This document shows positions 17,193 to 26,705 of a DNA stretch of 62,438 nt, piece by piece (position 1 is the first letter of the stretch; every line of letters begins with the position of its first letter). A program made the translations under genes and the position numbers. A model generated the notes under the pieces. That model saw only the letters and a list, made by a program, of their open reading frames with translations. It was not told the DNA's origin and did no database searches. The DNA is from a virus. Its lineage: Duplodnaviria > Caudoviricetes. The stretch is from positions 1 through 62,438 of IMG/VR virus record IMGVR_UViG_3300023174_000004. One strand, 5' to 3'.

Positions 17193-19088
17193 TTGTCCCT
17201 AATTACCCTTGACTTTGAAACTTACTATTCAAAGTCGTTCAGTCTAAGTAGATTACCTACGGAGGAGTACATACGCTCTCCCGAGTTTGAAGTCATTGGA
17301 GTTGGTATCAAGATTGATACTGATCCTGTGCAGTGGTACTCAGGCAGTCGTGAGTCTTTGCGTAAGACCCTGCTATCCCTTGATTGGCGCAACAGCAATC
17401 TGCTCTGTCACAACACGATGTTTGATGGGGCCATCCTCAAATGGTTCTTTGGCATCTCGCCCAAGTTTTATCTTGATACTTTGTGCATGGCAAGGGCGAT
17501 GCATGGCGTTGAGGTGGGTGGGTCTCTACGAGCGTTAGCCGAGCGTTACGAGTTGGGCGTCAAGGGCGATGAGGTACTCAAGGCGATCGGTAAATACCAA
17601 GCAGACTTTACCCCGATAGAGTTGGCAGAGTACGGCCAGTACTGCATGAACGATGTCCAGTTAACCTACGACTTGTTCTTTAAGTTGGTTCCGGCCATGC
17701 CTGAATCCGAACTTGATCTAATAAATATGACACTCCGGATGTTCACACATCCTAAGCTGATGATCGATGAGCCTGTGTTGTACGAGCGTTTACAAGCTTT
17801 GAACAAAGAGAAACAGGAGTTGCTCTCATCCCTCAAGGACAAGTTGGAGTGCGAGGATGAGGAGGCAGTACGCAAGAAGCTGGCGAGTAACCCCCAGTTT
17901 GCCAAGGTGTTGCGTGACTTTGGCGTTGAGCCTGAGATGAAGATCAGCAAGACAACAGGCAAGCCCACACTCGCGTTGGCTAAAGGCGACCCACAGTTTA
18001 TAGCGTTGACTGAACACGAGGATTCATTCATCCAACACCTGTGCGCGGTAAGGCTGGGCACTAAGTCCACGATCGAAGAGTCCCGCATCCAGCGGTTCAT
18101 TGACATAGGTAAGCGCAACCGAGGGACTATCCCCATCCCTTTGAAATACTACGGCGCACACACGGGTAGATGGGCTGGCTATGACAAGGTTAACTTCCAG
18201 AACTTACCCAGCCGCGACCCCAAGAAGAAGGCGCTCAAACGTGCCATCGTTGCGCCAGAGGGCTATGTAGTAATTAACTGCGATTCATCCCAGATTGAGG
18301 CCCGAGTGTTAGCTTGGCTCTCAGGGCAGTCTGATCTGGTAAAAGCCTTTGCAGACAAAGAGGATGTCTACAAGATCATGGCGTCCAAGATATATGCCAA
18401 AGCGGTTGAGGGCATTGACAAGGACGAGAGGTTCGTAGGTAAAACAACCATCCTTGGATGCGGCTACGGCATGGGCGGCAGTAAGTTTATGCATCAACTG
18501 AAGTCAATGGGGCGCACCCTGACCGAGAAAGAATGCAAGGACATTGTTACTGTCTATCGGGATACCTATCCTAGTATAAAAAATCTATGGACAGAAGGCG
18601 ATACTGTCCTGAAGAAGTTGGTCACGCAAGACTTTGGAGATGCCCCCTATTACTTTGGGGTGCAGAAGTGCGTGAAGGTAGATGAGTCAGGGGTTACCCT
18701 GCCCAACGGTCTGGGTATACGCTACAAAGACTTAAGGCATATCGATGAGATCATTGAGTCCGGATCAGAAGAAGAGGCTGACACAGTAAGGCAACGCACC
18801 ATCTACTCATCCCGCAAGGGAGATGTGTCCATATGGGGTGGGACATTCGTAGAGAACGTGGTGCAAGCCTTGGCGCGGATCATTGTGGGTGAGCAGATGA
18901 ATGAGATCAACAAGAAGTATCAGGTGGTCTTAACTGTCCACGATGCGGCGGTGATCGTTGCCCCCGAGGATGAGGTGGACAAGGCTATAGCCTTCGTGAC
19001 TGGCATCATGTCTACGCCGCCAGCTTGGGCCCCTGGACTGCCTGTTGCATGCGAGGCTGGGTTTGCACAAAATTACGGCGACTGCTAA
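17193..19088 (+). CDS. polA: DNA polymerase, family A (3'-5' exonuclease plus polymerase domains)
   Basis: Exo LDFET and HNTMFD; HTGRWAG; motif A DSSQIEAR, motif B RFVGKTTILGCGYG, motif C TVHDA; likely TTG start at 17193. Confidence 0.93.
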   Translation: MSLITLDFETYYSKSFSLSRLPTEEYIRSPEFEVIGVGIKIDTDPVQWYSGSRESLRKTLLSLDWRNSNLLCHNTMFDGAILKWFFGISPKFYLDTLCMARAMHGVEVGGSLRALAERYELGVKGDEVLKAIGKYQADFTPIELAEYGQYCMNDVQLTYDLFFKLVPAMPESELDLINMTLRMFTHPKLMIDEPVLYERLQALNKEKQELLSSLKDKLECEDEEAVRKKLASNPQFAKVLRDFGVEPEMKISKTTGKPTLALAKGDPQFIALTEHEDSFIQHLCAVRLGTKSTIEESRIQRFIDIGKRNRGTIPIPLKYYGAHTGRWAGYDKVNFQNLPSRDPKKKALKRAIVAPEGYVVINCDSSQIEARVLAWLSGQSDLVKAFADKEDVYKIMASKIYAKAVEGIDKDERFVGKTTILGCGYGMGGSKFMHQLKSMGRTLTEKECKDIVTVYRDTYPSIKNLWTEGDTVLKKLVTQDFGDAPYYFGVQKCVKVDESGVTLPNGLGIRYKDLRHIDEIIESGSEEEADTVRQRTIYSSRKGDVSIWGGTFVENVVQALARIIVGEQMNEINKKYQVVLTVHDAAVIVAPEDEVDKAIAFVTGIMSTPPAWAPGLPVACEAGFAQNYGDC

Positions 19089-19123
19089 GATTCACCGTCT
19101 AAAACTACCAGTACGGATTCAGT

Positions 19124-19783
19124 ATGCAGGAGCTCAAATGGTCTTACTCCGGTCTCAAGGACTTCATAAATTGCCCTAGACAGTACCATGAGGTCAAGGT
19201 ACTCAAGCGGTTTAACAAAGCCCCGACCAAACAGACGCTGTATGGCAACGTAGTACACAGAGCCCTTGAAGATTATGTCAAGGACGGCACTCCCCTAGAA
19301 CGTAACTACGAGAGATTCAAGCCCATGCTTGACATCTTCCGCGAGATGGATGGGGAGAAGTACCCAGAACATCACATGGCGGTTAGGTACGATTTGACCC
19401 CATGCAGTTTTGGCGCAAAGGATTACTGGGCGCGGGGCATTGCTGACTTGTTGGTCGTTGATAAGTCCGATGGTTTCATCGTTGACTATAAAACTGGAAG
19501 CAATCGCTACGCTGATCCCAAACAGTTGCAGTTGATGGCGCTAATGGCGTTCGCTCATTTTCCGGAGTTGGAGTACATAAAGGCTGGATTGCTGTTCGTT
19601 GCACACAATGACTTTGTTACTTGTGAATTCCAGCGCGAGAATCTAAAAGAGTTGTGGGAAGATTTCCACCCCTCGCTGAAACGCTTGAGCCTCTGCATGG
19701 AGACAGGCGTATGGCAAGAGAACCCAACGCCCCTGTGCGGTTGGTGTCCTGTATCAACCTGTGATCACTATAAGGATAAATGA
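19124..19783 (+). CDS. PD-(D/E)XK exonuclease (RecB/Cas4-like, with Cys cluster)
   Basis: WSYS..CPR, GIADLL, IVDYKTG, QLQL, LCGWCPVSTC. Confidence 0.85.
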   Translation: MQELKWSYSGLKDFINCPRQYHEVKVLKRFNKAPTKQTLYGNVVHRALEDYVKDGTPLERNYERFKPMLDIFREMDGEKYPEHHMAVRYDLTPCSFGAKDYWARGIADLLVVDKSDGFIVDYKTGSNRYADPKQLQLMALMAFAHFPELEYIKAGLLFVAHNDFVTCEFQRENLKELWEDFHPSLKRLSLCMETGVWQENPTPLCGWCPVSTCDHYKDK

Positions 19784-19977
19784 TGGAAGAAGGAGTTTTG
19801 ATTGACTACGCACGGCCCTGCATGATGGCAGAGAAGGCGCTCAAAAACGCGCACGATGCCATGTTAGACCGTGACTATGATGTAGCCCTAGGCGAAGCCC
19901 TTGCGGCGATTGCGGAGGCTAAGATGATGTACAACTCTATCAAACACCAAATGGAGGTGGATCGTGGCTTATGTTAA
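19780..19977 (+). CDS. Hypothetical protein
   Basis: Coupled ORF. Confidence 0.6.
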   Translation: MMEEGVLIDYARPCMMAEKALKNAHDAMLDRDYDVALGEALAAIAEAKMMYNSIKHQMEVDRGLC

Positions 19978-20218
19978 TAAACCCAGACCCTATAAAAAAG
20001 AGTACGAACAGCAGAAAGAACGCGGTGAGTTAGCCAACCGCATGGAGCGTCAACGTGCTAGGCGCAAACTAGACAAAAAGGGTGTTGACCGCACAGGCAA
20101 GGACGTTGCCCATGTCAAGGCATTGTCTAAAGGCGGGTCTAACAAGGACGGGGTTCGCTTAGAATCCCCACGAAAAAATCGTTCCTTCAGTAGAAACCCC
20201 GATAGTTCGATGAAATAA
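19964..20218 (+). CDS. Small HNH-like protein
   Basis: RPYKKEY, GKDVAHVKALSKGGSN...NRS. Confidence 0.65.
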   Translation: MAYVNKPRPYKKEYEQQKERGELANRMERQRARRKLDKKGVDRTGKDVAHVKALSKGGSNKDGVRLESPRKNRSFSRNPDSSMK

Positions 20219-20223
20219 ATAAC

Positions 20224-20251
20224 TTGACAAATGCAAAACTGCCCCTATACT
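20224..20251 (+). promoter_or_regulatory. Sigma70 promoter upstream of the helicase operon
   Basis: TTGACA-16bp-TATACT. Confidence 0.75.
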
Positions 20252-20399
20252 TAGGGGTGTGGTCGTAAGGCATGAGTGGGCCACAAGGTTTTCTTAGGTT
20301 TGACCTATTAACCGTGTCAGTCAAGCGGCGTTCCAATTAGTAAGCATACTGATCTCCAACGCGACAGGCTTGACACCAACAATCAGTTCAAGGACAGTA

Positions 20400-21980
20400 A
20401 TGGAAATAGTGTTAGACAGTGCAGTGCGATTCAAGGCTCCATACGAGGATGCTCAGTTCATCACATCATGCATTGAGAAGAGTGAAATACTGAACAACGC
20501 CTCAGGGTTGTCTGAGGTGCTGGTTAACTGGCAACTCCCTGAGATGGAGCGCCTTGCAGGCATCGTGCCGCGAGAAATCAAAGTGCCATCTCCCATCACT
20601 CGGGATTATGACTGGCCCGGTTTGTTCAAGCCCTTTGATCACCAAGTTGAAACAGCGGAATTCTTGACGTTGCGTAAACGTGCTTTCTGCTTCAACGAGG
20701 CAGGTACAGGCAAAACATCAGCGGCGATATGGGCGGCTGACTACTTGATGAAAAAAGGATTGATCCATAGAGTCCTTGTCATCTGCCCTCTGTCTATCAT
20801 GTTTTCAGCATGGCAAGCCGACCTATTCAAAACTGCTATGCACCGCACCTGCGCCGTGTGCTATGGCACCCCAGACAAACGCAAGAAAATTATTGCTGGC
20901 AACTATGAGTTTGTCATCATCAACTATGACGGCGTTAGCGTTATCCAGAAAGAGATTGCCGCAGGTGGCTTTGACTTGATCATTGTGGATGAGGCAAACG
21001 CATACAAGAACGCCACTACGCAACGCTGGAAGACCCTATCAAGAATTATTCAGGTCAACTCCTACCTGTGGTTGATGACAGGAACCCCCGCGAGTCAGTC
21101 TCCCCTTGACGCCTATGGGCTAGGGCGGCTGGTTAACCCAAGCGGTGTGCCGAAATTCGTAACGGCGTGGCGCGACAAGGTGATGCAACAGATCACACGC
21201 TTTAAGTGGATACCAAAGCCTCAGGCCAAAGAAGTCGTGTTCAACGCTTTGCAACCTGCCATACGCTTTGAGAAGGCCCAGTGCCTTGACCTACCCGATG
21301 TTGTGTACCAGATCAGAGAAGTGCCACTCACACCGCAGGCAAAGGCTTACTACAGACTGCTGAAGAAAGAGATGATGGTTCAGGCGGCAGGGGAGCAGGT
21401 CAGCGCAGTCAATGCGGCGGCTTCCCTGAACAAGTTACTTCAGCTATCCGGTGGCGCAGTCTATACGGATAGCGGTGAGGTGTTGGAGTTTGATGTGTCA
21501 CCACGCAAACAGGCTCTGCGCGAAGTGATGGAGGAGACAGAACATAAGGTGATTGTGTTTGTGCCTTACCGCCACACCATCAGTGTTGTAAGTGATTTTC
21601 TAACCAAGGAGGGATACTCATCAGAAATCATATCCGGTAGCGTTTCAGCAAGGGAACGCAATGAAATCTTCATCAGGTTTCAGACGGCAACTAACCCGAA
21701 GGTGCTGATCATTCAGCCCCAAGCGGCTTCACACGGTGTCACATTGACTGCCGCAAACACTGTGGTCTTTTGGTCTCCTGTCATGTCGGTTGAAACATAC
21801 CTTCAATGCATAGCCCGAATGGATCGCGTAGGACAACAAAATAAGATGACTGTCGTACACCTTCAAGGCTCTGACGTAGAGCGTCGGGTCTTTGAGATGC
21901 TACAAAACAAAGTTGACATGCACAACAAATTAGTTGATCTCTATCAAACGGAAATAGGAATAGGAGAAGACGATGACTAA
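20400..21980 (+). CDS. SNF2-family (SF2) helicase
   Basis: AGTGKT, IIVDEA, LMTGTP, HGVTLTAA, QCIARMDRVGQ. Confidence 0.9.
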   Translation: MEIVLDSAVRFKAPYEDAQFITSCIEKSEILNNASGLSEVLVNWQLPEMERLAGIVPREIKVPSPITRDYDWPGLFKPFDHQVETAEFLTLRKRAFCFNEAGTGKTSAAIWAADYLMKKGLIHRVLVICPLSIMFSAWQADLFKTAMHRTCAVCYGTPDKRKKIIAGNYEFVIINYDGVSVIQKEIAAGGFDLIIVDEANAYKNATTQRWKTLSRIIQVNSYLWLMTGTPASQSPLDAYGLGRLVNPSGVPKFVTAWRDKVMQQITRFKWIPKPQAKEVVFNALQPAIRFEKAQCLDLPDVVYQIREVPLTPQAKAYYRLLKKEMMVQAAGEQVSAVNAAASLNKLLQLSGGAVYTDSGEVLEFDVSPRKQALREVMEETEHKVIVFVPYRHTISVVSDFLTKEGYSSEIISGSVSARERNEIFIRFQTATNPKVLIIQPQAASHGVTLTAANTVVFWSPVMSVETYLQCIARMDRVGQQNKMTVVHLQGSDVERRVFEMLQNKVDMHNKLVDLYQTEIGIGEDDD

Positions 21981-22374
21981 CATGGAAGAATTGGTGGAAA
22001 CCTACTTGACAATACGCGCAGAGCGTGAGAAGCTTAAAGCAACTTACGAATCTGAAGACGAAGAATTAAAGACAGACATGGAAGGATTAGAACGCTCAAT
22101 GCTACAAGCATGTAGCGACATCAATGCGGATAGCATACGAACCCAACACGGCACTGTGATGCGCTCAATCAAAGAGCGTTTCTTTTGCAGTGATTGGGAC
22201 AACTTCAAAAAATTCGTTCTTGAACATGGCGCGGTCGATCTGTTTGAACGCCGCATCCATCAAAAGAACTTCAAAGAATTCATGACCGAGCACAAAGGCG
22301 AGGGCTTACCGCCCGGTGTGAATGCAATGCGTGAGATGGCGATTACAGTCCGTAAAGCCACCGAGCGTGCTTAA
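21973..22374 (+). CDS. Conserved phage replication-module protein (coiled coil)
   Basis: SIRTQHGTV, DWDNFKKFV, LFERRI, LPPG; lies between the helicase and the SSB-like gene. Confidence 0.65.
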   Translation: MTNMEELVETYLTIRAEREKLKATYESEDEELKTDMEGLERSMLQACSDINADSIRTQHGTVMRSIKERFFCSDWDNFKKFVLEHGAVDLFERRIHQKNFKEFMTEHKGEGLPPGVNAMREMAITVRKATERA

Positions 22375-22402
22375 CAGTAAATACAGTTTGGAGAAAACTA
22401 AC

Positions 22403-23257
22403 ATGAGCAACGAACTTGCTAACTTTTTTGAGAACAACCCTGCCTTGGTCGAACAAGGTTTGGATGAGGATACCCTTGCCGTTGCTGGCGGCGCAACCAA
22501 AGGCAGCAAACGCATCTCTATCAAGGGTCGTGTGTTTCGTAAGATTGTTGGCGGCAAAGAAGTCAGCGTCAACGAAGAGAACTGGATGAACGTCATCTTT
22601 GTGAAGATGTCGCATGAGGCTTCACGCACTTGCTACGATGGGGCATATCGTGAAGGTGAGAAGACCTCGCCCTCATGCTGGTCTAGTAACTCTAAGACCC
22701 CCGATGAGGCTGTGCCTAACCCCGCCGCCGTATCATGCGATGACTGTCCCAACTCTGTGAAGGGTAGTGGTCAGGGCGGTAGTGGTACTAAGTGCAAGCT
22801 GTCTTGGCGCACTGCGGTGGTGTTGCCTAATGATCCATCAGGCGATGTGTATCAGTTGGTGCTCCCTGCAATGAGCGCATTTGGTAAGGAAGAGAATGGT
22901 CGTTGGCCTTTCCGTCCCTACATCCAGATGCTTGCCAACAACAACGTGTCGGCTGGTCGTGTAGTGACCAAGATGCAGTTTGACATCAAAGCACCTGTAC
23001 CCCGAGTGCTGTTCTCTCCTGCGCAAGCAGTCCCAGAGGATGTGAAACCCATCATCTTGCGCCAGAGCAAGTCCCCTGCCGCTGAGTCTGCCATCAAGCT
23101 GACAGTGTTCCAAGCGGATGCGCCTGACATGCCCGAGGCAACCGAAGCCCCAGCATCTGTTGACGAACCCGCAAAGCGTGAGAGCGTGAAGAAGGTTCCA
23201 GCGGAGCCTGTGGAAGATGTTGTGAACATCGTTAAAAAGTGGACTAAAAAAGGTTGA
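22403..23257 (+). CDS. Putative single-stranded DNA-binding protein
   Basis: RISIKGRVFR, PSCWS, CDDCP Zn motif, low-complexity acidic tail; GGAG RBS. Confidence 0.55.
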   Translation: MSNELANFFENNPALVEQGLDEDTLAVAGGATKGSKRISIKGRVFRKIVGGKEVSVNEENWMNVIFVKMSHEASRTCYDGAYREGEKTSPSCWSSNSKTPDEAVPNPAAVSCDDCPNSVKGSGQGGSGTKCKLSWRTAVVLPNDPSGDVYQLVLPAMSAFGKEENGRWPFRPYIQMLANNNVSAGRVVTKMQFDIKAPVPRVLFSPAQAVPEDVKPIILRQSKSPAAESAIKLTVFQADAPDMPEATEAPASVDEPAKRESVKKVPAEPVEDVVNIVKKWTKKG

Positions 23258-23580
23258 TGATGACAAGGACATACGGTAAAGAATTGCAGAAGCTGATTAG
23301 CAGAGAAGATGACAGTAGGCTTGGGGTTGAGTTAGCTAGGGTTTGCGTCAACGCTAACCTTCCAGCCATCCATGTTGCTGGTATTTTTGGCGTGTCTCGC
23401 ATGACGATACATAGCTGGTTCAGAGGAGGCATGATCCGTATGTCCTATCGTCCCACTATTGACCGATTCATGGATCAGGTTGAGGATGATATGGGGAAGG
23501 AAAGACTGCCAGCAGAGTCAGTCGCAGAAGCAAAATCATACCTAGACCGGATTCGTAGCACAGTTAATAGCGGTAAGTAA
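23254..23580 (+). CDS. HTH DNA-binding protein
   Basis: VAGIFGVSRMTIHSWFRG. Confidence 0.7.
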   Translation: MMMTRTYGKELQKLISREDDSRLGVELARVCVNANLPAIHVAGIFGVSRMTIHSWFRGGMIRMSYRPTIDRFMDQVEDDMGKERLPAESVAEAKSYLDRIRSTVNSGK

Positions 23581-23629
23581 TTTCGCTCTGGGCGGGGTGA
23601 TCCCCCGCCCTAATTGTCTCTGCAATCCA

Positions 23630-26566
23630 ATGACTAAACAATTTTATGAAGCAATTTTGCCGACGCAGGGGTACTACTGTGTGGCAGGGATCACGGTACA
23701 AGGTAAGATTTCTACCCGGTTCTGTGAGAGTGTAGATGAGGTACTTGAGTTAGTTGATCACTTCAACGCTCAAAACGGAATGAATACGTACTTCACACCG
23801 AGTACGTATGAAAGCTACTCGCGCAAACAGGAAGCAAGCCTGTTCACGAGGTCGTTATTTCTGGACATTGACTGCGGGGAAGACAAGCCCTACGCAGATC
23901 AAGCTGAAGGTATGGCGGCATTGGACAAGTTCATCGTTGACTCAGGGTTGCCTGAGCCTATGCGATTGAATTCTGGTAGGGGGTTGTACGCCTATTGGAT
24001 TTTTGAATCCGAGGTCGCAACGTCTGTATGGCAACCCTATGCAGATAGGTTCAAACAACTTACTGTTGATCTTGGGTTTGAGGTTGACCCTGCTGTGCCA
24101 GCAGATTCGGCTAGGTTAATCCGATGCCCTGCAACCTTAAATTGGGGCAAAGCGAAACGTCCCAACGTCCCGCCGTTGCCTTCGGAGTTACTCAGTGAGA
24201 TCGTCACATATCCATTCGAGCAGCTTACATCTATTTTGGATGCAGTAAAAGTTGAACCCAAGACAGACAATGTTCTGGACTTCAACCTTAAGAGGGTTGC
24301 TAAGGGTTTGGATGATGAGACCCGCAAGATGTTGGGCATGGACAACTACGAGTTCAGATTTGACAAGATCGCCGTAGACAGTCTTGAGGATAGAGGATGC
24401 GCTCAGATCAAGTGGGCTATTGAAAACGCCAAGACATGCCCTGAACCTATGTGGCGCTCTGCGCTGTCAATTGCAATTGCTTGCGTTGATGGCGACGAGG
24501 CTATACACCTTTTATCAGAAGAACACCCAGATTACACACCAGAAGAAACTGAGAAGAAAGCCGATGACATACGCAAAGCGATCGACGGTACGCATACCTG
24601 CGCTACTTTTCAAAGCCACAGACCTAAGGGATGTGATGGTTGCCCCCACCGAGGCAAATTCAAATCCCCCTACGCCCTCGGCAAAACATTCATCATTGCC
24701 AAACCCCCAGTTGAAGAGCCAGAAACCGCCCCCGAGGAAGCGGAGTCAGTTCGGGAGGTTCCGAAAAATACACCTCTCCACCTACCGGAGTACATGAGGC
24801 CGTTTGTAATGGGGATTCATGGTGGCATCTACTATCAACCGCAATCCAAGACAAAGAAGGATGGATCGGTTGAGTCCTTTGATCCGGTGCTGGTGGTTAA
24901 GCATGATCTGTATCCCACACAGAGATTGTTCAGTCCCTACGAAGGTGAGTGTCTCAACATGCGGCTTGTGTTGCCCAGAGATGGGGTGCGTGACTTCCTG
25001 CTTCCCATGAAGTCTGTATCAGCACAGGAAGAGTTCAAGAAGGTGATGTCCAGCAATGGCGTGTTTACAACTGACAAACAGAAAACGGATTTACTCATGA
25101 AGTATGTAACGAAGTGGGCAGACTATCTACTAGAGACCTCTGCCGCACAGTCAATGCGCTTCCAGCAGGGCTGGTCGCAAGACAAGCAGGGCTATCTTGT
25201 TGGTAGGACAGAGTACCGCATGGACGGTTCAACTGCTGAATGCCCCCCATCTACGCTGGCAAAGCCTGTTGTAGACTTGATCAAGCCCTCAGGCACGTAT
25301 GAGGCTTGGCGCACAGCGGTGGATATGCTCAATGATCCAGGCTATGAGTACCACGCTTTCTGTTTGCTTATGGGGTTTGGCTCCCCCCTGCTTAGATTTA
25401 CCAACGTGCATGGCGCAGTGATTGGGCTACTGGGAGAAAAGGGCGCTGGTAAGACAGGTGCGCTGTTTGCAGGTCTGAGTGTTCATGGCAGCCCCGAAGA
25501 GTTAAGCGTCATGGATGCAACAGAGAATGGATTGGTTCAACGCATGATCACGCTTAAGAACCACATGTTTGGTCTGGATGAGTTCTCTAACGCATCAGGC
25601 GAGGCGCTATCCAAACTGATCTATTCTCTGTGCGCTGGCAAGGGAAAGATCAGGCTTCAATCGTCAACTAATGCCGAGCGTCCGCTGTCTTTTATGTCTG
25701 CCCTGCTATCTCTGATCACAATGAATCAGTCTGCTAGGGACAAGGTGGCGGCATACAAGAAGGACTCAGGAGCAGAGGAGGTGCGCTACCTTGAGTTCAC
25801 AGTCCGCAAACCTATGGTCAAGGGCTACGAGTTAGACGATGCCCGAGGCATAGCGATGTTTCAAACGCTGGTCAAAAACTATGGGCATGCAATGCCTCGC
25901 TTTGTCAAAGTGCTTGCAGAATTGGGTGAGGATGAAATCCAGAGCCGGGTTGACAAGTGGCGTGAGAGAGGTCGCTTGGAGTTGACTACAGACTCAGGCT
26001 ATCGGTTTGTGAACAGTGAGTTCTCCGCCGTATTTGCCGCAGGGGAGATAGCTGTTGAGCACGACATCATCAACATAGACATTGAGCGCATCTACAAGTT
26101 CATGCTTGCAGAAACTCATAAGGTTATTGACACAAGCAATAAAGGTATTGATTATGAAAGCGTGTTGGGTGACTTCATCAACAGTAACCTTCAGAACCTA
26201 CTTGCCCTAAAAGAAGGCAAGGTTGTCATGGAACCCCGAGGCCCATTGGTAATGAGAGCAGACGCAGAGCGGGGCATTTTGCAAATTTCCAAAACTCCGG
26301 TGAAAGACTTCCTCGCCCGATCGCAGATAGGGGTTAGAGCGTTTGAGATGGCCCTTAAGGAGCGCGGTGTCTTGCTGACCGCTGACAAGAAGGTTCGCCT
26401 TGGGTCTGGTTGGAAGGCTGGCACTGGGGTTGCGCTTGTCTATGCCTATGAGTTCAAGACGGATTTAACAGAGGTATTCAAGAATGTCGAAGAAGCAATC
26501 GGATCAGAGACCGATGGGGGAACCGGAGTGGATATTCCCCTTCCAGATCATGAAGATCGGGGATAG
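23630..26566 (+). CDS. Primase-helicase (AEP-type primase plus DUF927-like NTPase)
   Basis: LFLDIDC, NSGRGLYAYW, DSARLIRCP, Cys cluster CATF..CDGCPH, Walker A GEKGAGKT, Walker B GLDE. Confidence 0.8.
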   Translation: MTKQFYEAILPTQGYYCVAGITVQGKISTRFCESVDEVLELVDHFNAQNGMNTYFTPSTYESYSRKQEASLFTRSLFLDIDCGEDKPYADQAEGMAALDKFIVDSGLPEPMRLNSGRGLYAYWIFESEVATSVWQPYADRFKQLTVDLGFEVDPAVPADSARLIRCPATLNWGKAKRPNVPPLPSELLSEIVTYPFEQLTSILDAVKVEPKTDNVLDFNLKRVAKGLDDETRKMLGMDNYEFRFDKIAVDSLEDRGCAQIKWAIENAKTCPEPMWRSALSIAIACVDGDEAIHLLSEEHPDYTPEETEKKADDIRKAIDGTHTCATFQSHRPKGCDGCPHRGKFKSPYALGKTFIIAKPPVEEPETAPEEAESVREVPKNTPLHLPEYMRPFVMGIHGGIYYQPQSKTKKDGSVESFDPVLVVKHDLYPTQRLFSPYEGECLNMRLVLPRDGVRDFLLPMKSVSAQEEFKKVMSSNGVFTTDKQKTDLLMKYVTKWADYLLETSAAQSMRFQQGWSQDKQGYLVGRTEYRMDGSTAECPPSTLAKPVVDLIKPSGTYEAWRTAVDMLNDPGYEYHAFCLLMGFGSPLLRFTNVHGAVIGLLGEKGAGKTGALFAGLSVHGSPEELSVMDATENGLVQRMITLKNHMFGLDEFSNASGEALSKLIYSLCAGKGKIRLQSSTNAERPLSFMSALLSLITMNQSARDKVAAYKKDSGAEEVRYLEFTVRKPMVKGYELDDARGIAMFQTLVKNYGHAMPRFVKVLAELGEDEIQSRVDKWRERGRLELTTDSGYRFVNSEFSAVFAAGEIAVEHDIINIDIERIYKFMLAETHKVIDTSNKGIDYESVLGDFINSNLQNLLALKEGKVVMEPRGPLVMRADAERGILQISKTPVKDFLARSQIGVRAFEMALKERGVLLTADKKVRLGSGWKAGTGVALVYAYEFKTDLTEVFKNVEEAIGSETDGGTGVDIPLPDHEDRG

Positions 26567-26705
26567 CTTCTTCATACCAACACTGCGCCCAGCTTACATG
26601 CGCTATGCCATAGACAATGGCGCAAAGCGGGTGCAGATTAAGGTCAAGATATACACGGTCACCGAGGAGGGATACCTTGGTGTCCGCACTTGGCGCGTTG
26701 GTTAA
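26484..26705 (+). CDS. Small putative DNA-binding protein
   Basis: FPFQIMKIGDSFFIP...GVRTWR; last gene of the + arm. Confidence 0.65.
   Translation: MSKKQSDQRPMGEPEWIFPFQIMKIGDSFFIPTLRPAYMRYAIDNGAKRVQIKVKIYTVTEEGYLGVRTWRVG

Noticed and set aside
20258-20300. Pistol ribozyme resemblance (GTGGTC..GGGCCAC)
   Set aside because: The other conserved pistol elements and pseudoknot were not found; it is kept only as a generic structured leader.
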